In this document: positions 56,201 through 64,000 of the stretch, piece by piece
How positions within the stretch are numbered: the first letter of the stretch is position 1
Layout of the letters: each line of letters begins with the position of its first letter
Assembly: GCA_963813815.1 (NCBI GenBank)
Contig: CAWFAD010000016.1
Span: 608,632-672,631 of the forward strand
From: an uncultured bacterium
Lineage (GTDB): Bacteria; Krumholzibacteriota; Krumholzibacteriia; Krumholzibacteriales; Krumholzibacteriaceae
Length of the DNA stretch: 64,000 nucleotides
Direction of reading: 5' to 3'
Translations under genes and position numbers: made by a program
Notes under the pieces: model-generated
The model's database searches: none
Told to the model about the DNA's origin: nothing
What the model saw: only the letters and a program-made list of their open reading frames with translations

Positions 56201-58183
56201 ATCTATCACCGAGCCGGCAATGAGGCCGGAACGTTTCAAGATAGCATCCAGCTATCGAAGTATGATGACAACTATATTGCGATAATTCCCGGTGCTGCGA
56301 TAGCTGAAGCCGGCCTCGAGTATTACATCAAAGTGGAGAATAGCGGCGTATTCGCCACCGATCCTCCGGGTGCGCCGAGTGATTCGGTTTATTCGCGGGC
56401 AGTCACATCCCCGGAGCACATCACAACGGTCGCTCAGCCCAACTCGGGGGCCGACTTTCTCGAGGGGAGAGATATTAAGGTGCTCGCTTCGCTGCCCCTT
56501 GGCTCGGAGTTTGTGGAGGGCACGCTGCATTATCGAATGGGAGGGGAATCGGCGTATCGCACGTCTCCGCTCGAGGCCGGCGATCCGCTGCCCTTTGCTG
56601 TAATCCCGGATAGTCTCGTGGGACCGGGGGGGCTCGAGTACTGGGTCGAGGTGCAAACGCTCACGGCGAGGCTGACAGATCCGCCGGGGGCGCCTGCGGG
56701 GTCTCCGCATTTCATCAGAGTGACCGTTCCTGATCTAGTGGAAGAAAAGCTGTATCCTGCGGAGGCCTATCGTATGGTATCGATTCCGCTTGATTTTGGG
56801 ATCGATTTCACGGGGACGCTCGAGGCGCTCCTCTCAGATCAAACGGCATTCGGGCCGTACGATCCGGTGAAGTGGCGATCGTTCCGTTACCTATCGGGGA
56901 CGAAAGCGTATGCCGAGCTGTCGGAGGCGACGAAGCCGGAGTTTGTACCGAAGCCCGGGAAGGCTTTCTGGCTCATTTCGGCGAGCAAGAATCGGATCGG
57001 CACGGCGCCGGTGCCAGGACTCTCGACTGCCACGGATAGCGCGTATGCGCTTGCGCTCGAGCCGGGATGGAACATGATCGGGAACCCGTTTTCATTTCGT
57101 GTGGCATGGGATTCTGTCATGATCGATGGTGTGAGGATAGCGGATGCTGAGTCGACGACGGTGGAGCCGCCGGTGGCGTATGTGATCAACAAGGGCTATC
57201 GGGTCGATGAGGAGATTCTCGAGCCGTTCGGCGGGTACTGGGTGAAGAACTTGAGCAATGCCGCCGTGGTGCTGCGGATACCCGCGGAAGAGGCGCCCTC
57301 GCCGCCTTCTCTCAGCGATTCGATGGCGGTGGCGGCGGCTGCGCCGATTGAGGATGGCTGGCGCCTCGAGCTTCGAGCCGTGAGCTGCGATGTGGAGGAT
57401 TCCGGTAACTACGCCGGCGTCGACCTCGGATCGACGGTAGGATGGGACTGGCATGACCGCTCGAAACCGCCGATGAATCCGGGACGATCGCTTTCCCTCT
57501 ATTTTCCGCATTGGAGTTGGGAGAGCCATGGAGACAACTATGCGGCCGATATTCGCGGCGCCTACGAGGCCGTGCCTGCCGCCGAGCTCAGGCTTGTGGC
57601 GCCCTCAGAGGAGCTCTGGGGCCACATCTGGCGCTTCGATGTGTCAAAGGACTTCGAAGAGGCGGGAGTCGGGGATGTCGTGACGCTCGAGGTTGCGGGG
57701 ATCGAGGGGTTGCCCCCCGAGGCGAGAGTTTATCTCATAGACAAGGAGCTTGGGCGGTGCGTTGATGCGCGGGTGGAAAGCGGTTATGCCTTCTACCTTT
57801 GGCGCCGGGAGCCGGTATCCGAGGTCGAGGCGCGGTTTGTTCTCATTGTGGGGAGCGAGGAGTTTGCGGAGAGCGGCAAGGATGAGCTACCGTCCCCTCC
57901 CGAGCGCACGGCGCTTCATCAGAACTATCCTAACCCCTTTAATCCGTCGACGATCGTTCGATACGACGTGGCGAATGCGTGCAATGTCAGATTGGCCGTC
58001 TACGACGCGAGCGGCGCATTGGTGAAGGTTCTCTGGGACGGCCATCGCTTGCCCGGCCGTTATGAGGCGGCATGGGACGGCAGAAATAAAAACGGCCGAT
58101 CTGTTTCGACAGGCATTTACTTTACGCGCCTGCAAACGGGCTCGGGGATCGCCCAAACCCGGAAGATGCTCCTCATTCGATAA
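53228..58183 (+). CDS. Large secreted FG-GAP/VCBS repeat protein with Ig-like domains and FlgD/T9SS-type-A-like C-terminal domain
   Basis: GGAGG RBS, signal peptide (AKA-D), 14 x GDVDGDGDLDLVCGN-type repeats, ASH-like Ig (SNCGNEPLVI...IESNDP), LEPGWNMIGNPF, HQNYPNPFNP...KMLLIR*. Confidence 0.9.
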   Translation: MSMKVASRTLGFGGAATNCALLSLFIAQIISSRAKADIFSAEPVWRSAVEQNTCSIALGDVDGDGDLDLVCGDLGEGSTLFMNEGGVFSTTPIWTSPDQKTWSVALGDIDRDGDLDLVCGNYDQGNTLFLNEGGIFSTTPAWIGPDLNTRVTVALGDMNGDGYLDLVCAQREQGSALYLNEGGAFSRTAVWTSPDQNTWSVALGDVDCDGDLDLVCGNDAGGSTLFLNEGGVISTIPAWTGPASVSGGQSVVLGDINGDGYLDLVWCADEASMLFYNEGGIFSATPTWTSPYQSAHSAVLGDVDGDGDLDFVSGSAASTATVLFLNEGGIFSTTPAWSNPYPGIDSVALGDMDGDGDLDLACGRYYQSSTLFLNETEAFSTTPVWASPDQNTHDVVLGDVDGDGDLDLVCGTYGPGSTLFLNQGGVLSTTPSWTSPEQSTHSVALGDVDGDGDLDLVCGNGELENSALFWNEGGVFSTTPVWSSPDQNAYWCSVALGDVDGDGDLDLVCGNYGYGTASRLFLNEDGILSGTPAWSSPWQYTSSVALGDVDADGDLDLVCGNYNAESALFFNEGGIFSATPAWMSPVQSTRSIALGDVDGDGDLDLVCGNSGASMLFLNEGDVFSQAPAWQSPLQSTHDVDLGDVDGDGDLDLVCGNFDAGSTIFINDGGVFSITPIWTSPDQMTRSIALSDIDRDGDLDLVCGNEGNESLLFNGKGNPVFSGNPLAPTNQLPNNSAFLRDVSVTELEKNVYRVSAKLFDVESDPGWIVPEYQFEGAAVWHRADILEYSSNIGPLIASPYGMEQEFNWNVSKVPFDKRGIILRLRTISIPARGGSIQHVASYRKNVGHVDVRRPEIASSVSLLLFPTVTVGDTLALDLLLSNCGNEPLVITGFDLPSSEICADVILPIILGPEQKITVPVFLEPRQETSIEGSLTIESNDPLTPSKTIQIGTDIRALQVNSKLLTTAPELPLGEAVTVVVTPLPQVRVENGWIYHRAGNEAGTFQDSIQLSKYDDNYIAIIPGAAIAEAGLEYYIKVENSGVFATDPPGAPSDSVYSRAVTSPEHITTVAQPNSGADFLEGRDIKVLASLPLGSEFVEGTLHYRMGGESAYRTSPLEAGDPLPFAVIPDSLVGPGGLEYWVEVQTLTARLTDPPGAPAGSPHFIRVTVPDLVEEKLYPAEAYRMVSIPLDFGIDFTGTLEALLSDQTAFGPYDPVKWRSFRYLSGTKAYAELSEATKPEFVPKPGKAFWLISASKNRIGTAPVPGLSTATDSAYALALEPGWNMIGNPFSFRVAWDSVMIDGVRIADAESTTVEPPVAYVINKGYRVDEEILEPFGGYWVKNLSNAAVVLRIPAEEAPSPPSLSDSMAVAAAAPIEDGWRLELRAVSCDVEDSGNYAGVDLGSTVGWDWHDRSKPPMNPGRSLSLYFPHWSWESHGDNYAADIRGAYEAVPAAELRLVAPSEELWGHIWRFDVSKDFEEAGVGDVVTLEVAGIEGLPPEARVYLIDKELGRCVDARVESGYAFYLWRREPVSEVEARFVLIVGSEEFAESGKDELPSPPERTALHQNYPNPFNPSTIVRYDVANACNVRLAVYDASGALVKVLWDGHRLPGRYEAAWDGRNKNGRSVSTGIYFTRLQTGSGIAQTRKMLLIR
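53400..55345 (+). repeat. 14 tandem intragenic repeats of about 48 aa (about 144 bp)
   Basis: Counted 14 (G/S)D-x-(D/N)-x-DG-x-LD motifs, each followed by LFxNEGGxFSxTPxW in all but the last. Confidence 0.9.
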
Positions 58184-58206
58184 TCCCGTCAGTGCGCGCC
58201 GAAACG

Positions 58207-59166
58207 TCAGCGCGCGGCGTGTATCGCGACCGTTCCGCCCTCCGGGGCGTCGGGCTGCACGTCCGCGGCGCACTGGATGCGGCTCGGGTCGCCGAGGATG
58301 AGCGGTTCGAGCGCGCCGGCGATGCGCTTGGCGAGTTGGTCGGCTTCCTGGTACGTGCGCGCCGACACGGCGACGCGGACGGGGCCGTCGGGCCGGCCGG
58401 TCTGATTGATCCTGCTCGCCGCGTCGAGAAGAACCGCGGGCGCGGCGGCGTCGCCCGCCCGGCCGGCGGGCTCGACGGCGAGACCGGTCCCCGGGAACAT
58501 AAGGACGAGCTCGGCGCCCGTAACGAGCTCGTAGGGGGGAAGCTCGAAACCCTTGCCGACGAAGTTGCGCTTGTTCCCCGCGCGGTCGTACGCCTCGACG
58601 ACGAACGAATAGGTGAGGCCGGGCGGCATGAGACTTCCGTCGGACGATCGGCCGTTCCAGCCGATCTCGCGGGGCGGGGATCCCTTTCCCTCGAAGGAAG
58701 CGACGGAGCGGCTCCGTGAATCCGCGATCGTGAGCCGCCACCGGTCGACGTCCGTGAGCGCGGGACGGAAGCGGACCACTTCGCCCGTCGCGAAAACCTC
58801 GAGCCAGGGCCTCGCGAGGTAGGGCGAGCGCCCACCGGCGGAGAGGTCCACGAGCGGAGCGATGAAATCGACCGCGCATCGGCCGAAGGCGTCGCGCGTG
58901 AAATCCCAGTCGAGGCCGGGCGCGCTGAGGGGATCGAGATCGAGCGAGAGCGCGGGGCGTTCGAACTCGATGCGGACTCTGTCCTCGCCCTCGATCGTGA
59001 GGCTCTTGAACACCGTTCCTTCCTCGTCCCCCTTGAGCGTCATCGAGCTGTCCGCGACGGCCCGCTCGACGGCCGGCGGCTTTTTCTCCTCGGCCGAGGC
59101 CCGCGAGCCGGCGGCGAAGAAGGCGACTCCCATCACGACGAGCAACCGAATGGCTTCGGCACGCAT
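58207..59166 (-). CDS. Exported protein with FlgD-like Ig domain and degenerate OmpA-like C-terminal region
   Basis: Signal peptide (ASA-E); WRLTIAD...IGWNGRSSDG...YSFVVEAYDRAGN; last gene of the exbBD-tonB operon. Confidence 0.6.
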   Translation of the reverse strand: MRAEAIRLLVVMGVAFFAAGSRASAEEKKPPAVERAVADSSMTLKGDEEGTVFKSLTIEGEDRVRIEFERPALSLDLDPLSAPGLDWDFTRDAFGRCAVDFIAPLVDLSAGGRSPYLARPWLEVFATGEVVRFRPALTDVDRWRLTIADSRSRSVASFEGKGSPPREIGWNGRSSDGSLMPPGLTYSFVVEAYDRAGNKRNFVGKGFELPPYELVTGAELVLMFPGTGLAVEPAGRAGDAAAPAVLLDAASRINQTGRPDGPVRVAVSARTYQEADQLAKRIAGALEPLILGDPSRIQCAADVQPDAPEGGTVAIHAAR

Positions 59167-59200
59167 GATTCCACGCTCCATCCCGTTCGGCGGCGGACGG

Positions 59201-60124
59201 TCAGCCCGCCAGCCGGTAGTTGAAAGTGATCGATCCCCACTGCTCTCCGGTTTCGCCGCCCCTCAGGGGCTCGAATCGCCACGCGATGAGCGCGTCGATC
59301 GCGTTCTGGTCGAAATCCTCGAAGCCGGAGGTCTTCTCGATGAGAATGTTCTCCTTTACCGTTCCGCTCGGCAGGACGATGAAGTAGAGCGTCAAGGTCG
59401 CCTCCACGCCCTCGCCCTTCGCCCAATCCGGATAGACGGGCTTCCGGTATGAAACGAGCGCACGATCGGCGACCGGTCCGGCGAGGCTCGCGCCGTCGAT
59501 GATCCGCCGCGCCGACGAGTCGGTCTTTTCGATTTTCGCCGCGGCGACGGCCTTCTCCGGCGGCGCGCTCGCCGCCGCGAGCCTCGTCCGCCGGGGTTCG
59601 CTCCGCGCGAGCGCGACGGGGGAGGGCGCCGCGCCTTCGCGGCGCGTCAGCGCCACCGCGTCCCTCGACGCCGTTCCGTCGTTCAAGACGCTCGCGAGCG
59701 AGGGACGCACGATCGCGCTCTGCACCGCGACGTCCGCGATCGACGCCTGCGCCGTAGCCCTCCGCTCGAGAGCGACGAGCTTGCGTTGCAGCAGATCTTG
59801 CGTCGCCTGCCGGTCCTGCGGCCGAGGAGCGAAATCGCTCTCGCTCGTCGTGCGGACGAAATGCTCCGGGTTCTGCGGGGGCGACGGCAGGATGAGCCTC
59901 TCCATCCGCGACTCCGTCTTCGCGGTCGCCGTGGACGCGGGCGGCGGGATCACGACGGGCTCGATCCAGCTGATCTCGGTGAGCGCCGGCGCCGGCGGGA
60001 CGATCGTGTGGCGCAGGGCGAGCATCAGGAACAGCAGCGCGTGGATGCCGAGACTCGCGAACGTCACTTTCCGCGTTCTCGCTTGAATCGCCGAAATCTC
60101 GAAACTCAAAGCATATGCGTTCAT
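59201..60124 (-). CDS. tonB: TonB family energy transducer
   Basis: TM with S-x3-H (SLGIH), Pro/Ala-rich linker, TonB_C (PVYPDWA...EG...TSG...DQNAIDALIAWRFEP). Confidence 0.85.
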   Translation of the reverse strand: MNAYALSFEISAIQARTRKVTFASLGIHALLFLMLALRHTIVPPAPALTEISWIEPVVIPPPASTATAKTESRMERLILPSPPQNPEHFVRTTSESDFAPRPQDRQATQDLLQRKLVALERRATAQASIADVAVQSAIVRPSLASVLNDGTASRDAVALTRREGAAPSPVALARSEPRRTRLAAASAPPEKAVAAAKIEKTDSSARRIIDGASLAGPVADRALVSYRKPVYPDWAKGEGVEATLTLYFIVLPSGTVKENILIEKTSGFEDFDQNAIDALIAWRFEPLRGGETGEQWGSITFNYRLAG

Positions 60125-60135
60125 GGGTTCCCCCA

Positions 60136-60549
60136 TCAGTTGCTCTGGAGTGTAGCGACGGCGAGCCGGTTGCCTCCCGCGGCCCGCGCCTTGCCGAGCA
60201 TTTCCCGTATCGCGCCGTACGGGACTTCCCGGTCCGCGCGCACGACGACGAGCACGTTCTTGTCGGACGCCTTCGCGAGCACGGAGCACAGGGTCGCGGC
60301 GAAGAGCTCCGGACGCACCGTGTTCTCGTTGATGGCGAGCTCGCCGCGTCTTCCCATCGTGATGCTCACGTTGAACTCGTTCTCGGCTCCGCGGGTGAGC
60401 GCGGACGGGAGGTCGACGTCGACGTCGGGGACGCAGAGCATCGGCGCCGTCATGAGCAGAATGCAGACGAGCGTGAGCGAGACGTCGATGATCGGCGTCA
60501 CGTTGACCCTGGCGGTCGCGGGAATTCCGCTCTCGATGATCCGTTTCAT
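60136..60549 (-). CDS. exbD: ExbD/TolR family protein
   Basis: VNVTPIIDV, VDLP, VVVRADREVPYG. Confidence 0.9.
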   Translation of the reverse strand: MKRIIESGIPATARVNVTPIIDVSLTLVCILLMTAPMLCVPDVDVDLPSALTRGAENEFNVSITMGRRGELAINENTVRPELFAATLCSVLAKASDKNVLVVVRADREVPYGAIREMLGKARAAGGNRLAVATLQSN

Positions 60550-60550
60550 G

Positions 60551-60961
60551 TTACCTCCCGAGCACGGCGATCTCCGCCGCCCCGCAGATCTTCGCCTGGT
60601 CGAGAACGTTGACGAAAGCGCCGTGCGACACGGCGTCGCCGCATTCGATAACGATCCGCCGCTCCGTTCGATTCTCGAGGAGCGGTTCGAGCGCGGCCGC
60701 GATCTCCGCCCGGGCGACGAGACGGCGGTTGACGAGCACGCTGTCCTCCGAGACGATGTTGAGCTCGACGCGTTCCTCTTTCTGCTCCTTGGCCGAGGCC
60801 TTCGCGCTCGCGAGCGCCTTGCGGATCGCGATGCTCGACTCGAAGGCGAGCGGCGTGAGCAGCAGCAGTATCACGACGAGCGTGAGCGAGACGTCGATGA
60901 GCGGCGTCATGTTGATGTCGTGAACGGCTTGGGTCGCCTGTAATTTCGATGCGCGCGCCAT
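60551..60961 (-). CDS. exbD: ExbD/TolR family protein (second paralog)
   Basis: INMTPLIDV, IVIECGDAVSHGAFVNVLD; alternative start 60970. Confidence 0.88.
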   Translation of the reverse strand: MARASKLQATQAVHDINMTPLIDVSLTLVVILLLLTPLAFESSIAIRKALASAKASAKEQKEERVELNIVSEDSVLVNRRLVARAEIAAALEPLLENRTERRIVIECGDAVSHGAFVNVLDQAKICGAAEIAVLGR

Positions 60962-60971
60962 GCGGTGCACC

Positions 60972-61709
60972 TCATTTCGAGCGAACGGTTTCGGTCTCGT
61001 CCGCGACGGATCCGGTCTCGTCCCGCTCGATCCGCCGCCGGCGCTCGCCCGCGTCGCGCACTTCGCGTGCCGCCGGACGGTGCTCGGGCGCGGAGGCGAG
61101 AGCGCTGCGGATGCTCCGCGCGTCGTTTTCCGCGATGGTGAGCATGACGTTCAGCTGCCGCGCGAAGTTGTTGTACAACATATAGGCGGGGATGGCGATG
61201 ATGAGGCCCACGGCCGTCGTCAGAAGCGCCTCGGCGACGCCCGCCGAAACCACGGACGGCGCGGCGGATCCGGTCGTCGACATGTCGTGAAACGAGCGCA
61301 TGATGCCCCAGACGGTTCCGAGAAGTCCCACGAGCGGAGCGACGGTGGCCATCGTTCCGAGGAACCCGAGGTTGCGCTCGAGGAGGAGGCGCTGCTCGCT
61401 GAGAGCGACCTGAAGGTGCTCTTCGGCCTTCTCGCCCTCGAGGAATTCGCCCTCGACGATCTGCGTGCCCACGGCGCCCATCGGATGGGGGCACGAGGAG
61501 AGGATCCGGGCCGCCTCTCGGAGATCGCCGCTCCGGATCTTCCGGAGCGCCCGGTCGAGCGTCTGATCCGGCCGGCCCTGGCGCCTCCAGTAGTAGTAGA
61601 TGCGCTCGAGCGCGATGCCGAGCGTGAGAACGCTGAACCCCACGAGCACCATCAGGATCACGCTCGTGCGCAACGCCTCGATGAAGTCGAAATTACTGAC
61701 CATGGTCAC
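60972..61709 (-). CDS. exbB: MotA/TolQ/ExbB proton channel family protein
   Basis: LGTMATVAPLVGLLGTVWGIM, GVAEALLTTAVGL; charged C-terminal tail. Confidence 0.92.
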   Translation of the reverse strand: MTMVSNFDFIEALRTSVILMVLVGFSVLTLGIALERIYYYWRRQGRPDQTLDRALRKIRSGDLREAARILSSCPHPMGAVGTQIVEGEFLEGEKAEEHLQVALSEQRLLLERNLGFLGTMATVAPLVGLLGTVWGIMRSFHDMSTTGSAAPSVVSAGVAEALLTTAVGLIIAIPAYMLYNNFARQLNVMLTIAENDARSIRSALASAPEHRPAAREVRDAGERRRRIERDETGSVADETETVRSK

Positions 61710-61733
61710 GCTCCTTCTCTCTGTGCGGTCGCC

Positions 61734-64000
61734 TTACTTCGATAGAGCCTTGAGCTCGTCGGCGCGCTCGCGCGCGGCCAGCACCAGCTCTTCGTCCTTC
61801 GAATTCGCGATGAGATCGCGGTAGGCGGCGAGCGCTTTGCCCGTCTCGCCCTTTTCCTCGTAGAGCGCCGCGCAGCGCGCCAGCGCGAGCAGCCGGAAGG
61901 GGTCGTCCTTTGCCGGCGACCCGATCGCTTTTCGATACTCGCGCACCGCGCCGTCCGCGTCGCCGCGCCGCTCCGCGCAGTAGCCGGAGCGGTAGCGGAG
62001 CTCGGCGGCGAGCGTTCCGGATGGGTTCGCCTCGAGCGCGAGGGCGAACTCGGCGAGCGCTTCATCCGTCCGCCCCGCCTTGTCGTGCAGGTCGCCGAGC
62101 TGATAGGCGACGTCCGCCGCCCGTTCGTCCTTCGACGAGTACCGCTCGCGGTAGAGCTCGAGGGTCCGGCGCGCGTCCTCGGCGTCGCCCAGCATGCGCT
62201 TGCAGAGCGCGAGGTTGAAAAGGGCGGCGGCGGCGATTTCCTTTGGAGCCTCCGCGTCGACGACGCCGGTGAAGTCGACGGCCGCTTCGAGATACATCTC
62301 TTCCTCGAACCGCATGGATCCGAGGCGGAAACTCACCGTCGGCCGGAATTCGCTCTCGGGAAAGAAGCTCAGAAACTGCCCGTAGGCGAGGAGAGCTTCC
62401 TGCCGGGAGCCCGCCTGGCGGTACGCGTCCGCCATGAGGTAATGGGCTCGATCGGCCGCGGAGTAGCCGGGGAACTGACTCACGACGCGGCGGAACTCCT
62501 CGGCGGCCTCGGCGAAGCGCTCGGCCTTGTAGCTTCGCATGGCGATTTCGAACTGCGCGTCCGCGGCGAAGGAGCTCGTCGGGTATCGCTCGACGAGGCG
62601 GGCGAGCACGTCGCTTCCGTCGGAGCGCTGGCCGAGCCGGTAGAGGGCGAGCTCGATCCCCCGCTCCGCGTCCTTCACGAAGGGGCTTCCCGGGAAACGG
62701 GAGGCGACCTCGGAATAGCGGCTGAGGGCCTCTTCGTCGTTTCCGGCGTTGTACTCGCACTGCGCGATGCGGAGGCACCCCATCGCCGCCGCGCTGCTCG
62801 AGGCGAAGCGGTCGAGGAGCGTCCCGTAGCAGCGCTTCGCTTCGTCGTAGGCCTCGGCGCGGAAGTAGAGGTCTCCCGCCCGAACGAGCGCGCGCTCGGC
62901 GAGGGCCGAGGTCGTGTCGAATTTCGCGAGCGACTCCCAGCGGTCGACGGCGTCGCCGTTCTGGTCGAGGCGCTGATAGCACAGACCCGCCTGGTAGAGA
63001 GCCTGCGTCCGCTTCGGGTGATCGCCGGCGCGACGGAGAAACTCGTCGTACGTTTCGGCGGCCTCCCGATATTCCTTTCTGTTGAAGAGGATGTTCGCCT
63101 TGTTGAAGAAGGCCGAGCAGAGGTTCGCCTCGTCGCCGTACGAGGCGTAGCGGGCGAGCATCCGTTCCTCCGTTTCGATCGCGAGATCGTCCTGCCCCTG
63201 CTGCGCGTAGGTCCACGCGAGCAGCCGGTTCGCCGGTATCGCGACCGCGTGGTCGGGGAACTCGTCGATGAGACGCTTCAGCATGACCTCCGCGTCCTGG
63301 TGGCGGGCCTGCGCGGCGAGCGCGTCCGCGTCGATGAGGATGGCGTACGCGCGCCACGGCGACCTGCTCGCCGGCATCTTCTGCAGCATGAGATGCGGCA
63401 CGCCGGAGAGCTGCCCGAGGTTTCCCGTCGTATGGTACGAGTATTCGAGGAGACAGAGCGCGGCCTCGACGAGCTCGCGATGGCTCTCGGAGGCGAACAC
63501 AATGGCGCCGCTGCTGTCGCTTGCGGCGTAGCGGTCGAGGACGAGCTGGAAGTACGGTGCCGCCACGAGCGGCCGCCGCGCCCCAAGGAGACCCACGCCG
63601 GCGAGATACGCCGCGGCGGGAGCCTCGGGCGAGAGCGGGTATCCGGCGACGACCGCCTGGTACGTGCTGGTGGCGTCGGCTCCGCGGCCGAGCGCGTCGA
63701 GGGAGCGGCCCACGCGGTACTGGGCGCGCGCCGCGAGCGAATGCTCGAAATAGTCGGAGAGCACCCGGGTGAACTCAATGATCGCGCCTTCGTAGTCCTT
63801 TGTGCTGAAGAGCGCCTCGCCGAGAAAGTACTGTGCGCGCGCGGCAACGTCGGTGAGCGCGCGCCGGGCGACGATTTCGTGGAGGAGAGAGACGCCCTGC
63901 TCGACGTCCCCGTCGAGATAGAGCGCCATCGCGCGGCGAAGCTCCGCCTCGTTCTTGATATCGGGCCTCGAAGACTTCTCCATCACGCGCCCCATTTCCT
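61734..64000 (-). CDS. Long TPR protein (CpoB/BamD-like repeats), probably 5' partial
   Basis: Many A-x-Y-x-LG ... YP/FP-x-S repeats; frame open to the window edge. Confidence 0.85.
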   Translation of the reverse strand, partial: EMGRVMEKSSRPDIKNEAELRRAMALYLDGDVEQGVSLLHEIVARRALTDVAARAQYFLGEALFSTKDYEGAIIEFTRVLSDYFEHSLAARAQYRVGRSLDALGRGADATSTYQAVVAGYPLSPEAPAAAYLAGVGLLGARRPLVAAPYFQLVLDRYAASDSSGAIVFASESHRELVEAALCLLEYSYHTTGNLGQLSGVPHLMLQKMPASRSPWRAYAILIDADALAAQARHQDAEVMLKRLIDEFPDHAVAIPANRLLAWTYAQQGQDDLAIETEERMLARYASYGDEANLCSAFFNKANILFNRKEYREAAETYDEFLRRAGDHPKRTQALYQAGLCYQRLDQNGDAVDRWESLAKFDTTSALAERALVRAGDLYFRAEAYDEAKRCYGTLLDRFASSSAAAMGCLRIAQCEYNAGNDEEALSRYSEVASRFPGSPFVKDAERGIELALYRLGQRSDGSDVLARLVERYPTSSFAADAQFEIAMRSYKAERFAEAAEEFRRVVSQFPGYSAADRAHYLMADAYRQAGSRQEALLAYGQFLSFFPESEFRPTVSFRLGSMRFEEEMYLEAAVDFTGVVDAEAPKEIAAAALFNLALCKRMLGDAEDARRTLELYRERYSSKDERAADVAYQLGDLHDKAGRTDEALAEFALALEANPSGTLAAELRYRSGYCAERRGDADGAVREYRKAIGSPAKDDPFRLLALARCAALYEEKGETGKALAAYRDLIANSKDEELVLAARERADELKALSK

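Noticed and set aside
1..64000. tRNA or rRNA genes; abundant TCGA/CTCGAG/GATC words as repeats
   Set aside because: No cloverleaf or rRNA-like segment seen in the short intergenic gaps; the word bias follows from codon usage (CTC GAG, ATC GAC)

Overview
GC-rich bacterial chromosomal window (about 70% GC in spot-checked lines, falling to about 47-55% in parts of 42-58 kb). Gene content suggests a diderm of the FCB superphylum, Krumholzibacteria/Latescibacterota/Eisenbacteria-like; this is inferred from NYPNPFNP/FlgD-type C-terminal domains and a CheC-CheY-TPR-DUF4388 cluster. In order: the end of a chemosensory operon; peptide and carbohydrate scavenging genes (S46 dipeptidyl peptidase, GH97, CstA, S9-like hydrolase, POT transporter, glucan phosphorylase); a two-permease RND operon with an ECF-sigma-like promoter; GT-C-type membrane glycosyltransferases; an IS3-family scar carrying a decayed paralog fragment; an alpha/beta-hydrolase-POTRA-Omp85 fusion lacking the nucleophile; several orphan outer-membrane proteins and a YidD-TPR fusion; a four-gene operon (TPR-PEGA / STAND ATPase-TM-PEGA / Ser-Thr kinase-STAND ATPase / 14-repeat FG-GAP secreted protein); and a TPR-ExbB-ExbD-ExbD-TonB-(Ig/OmpA-like) motor operon. 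The four-gene operon is the best candidate for an undescribed system: a receptor kinase apparently split into two polypeptides and coupled through paired STAND ATPases. Clustered frameshifts (34.4-35.7, 38.9-39.4, 48.5, 50.3-51.2 kb) may be assembly errors. No rRNA, tRNA or CRISPR array was seen. Domain calls come from motif recognition only; no database searches were run.
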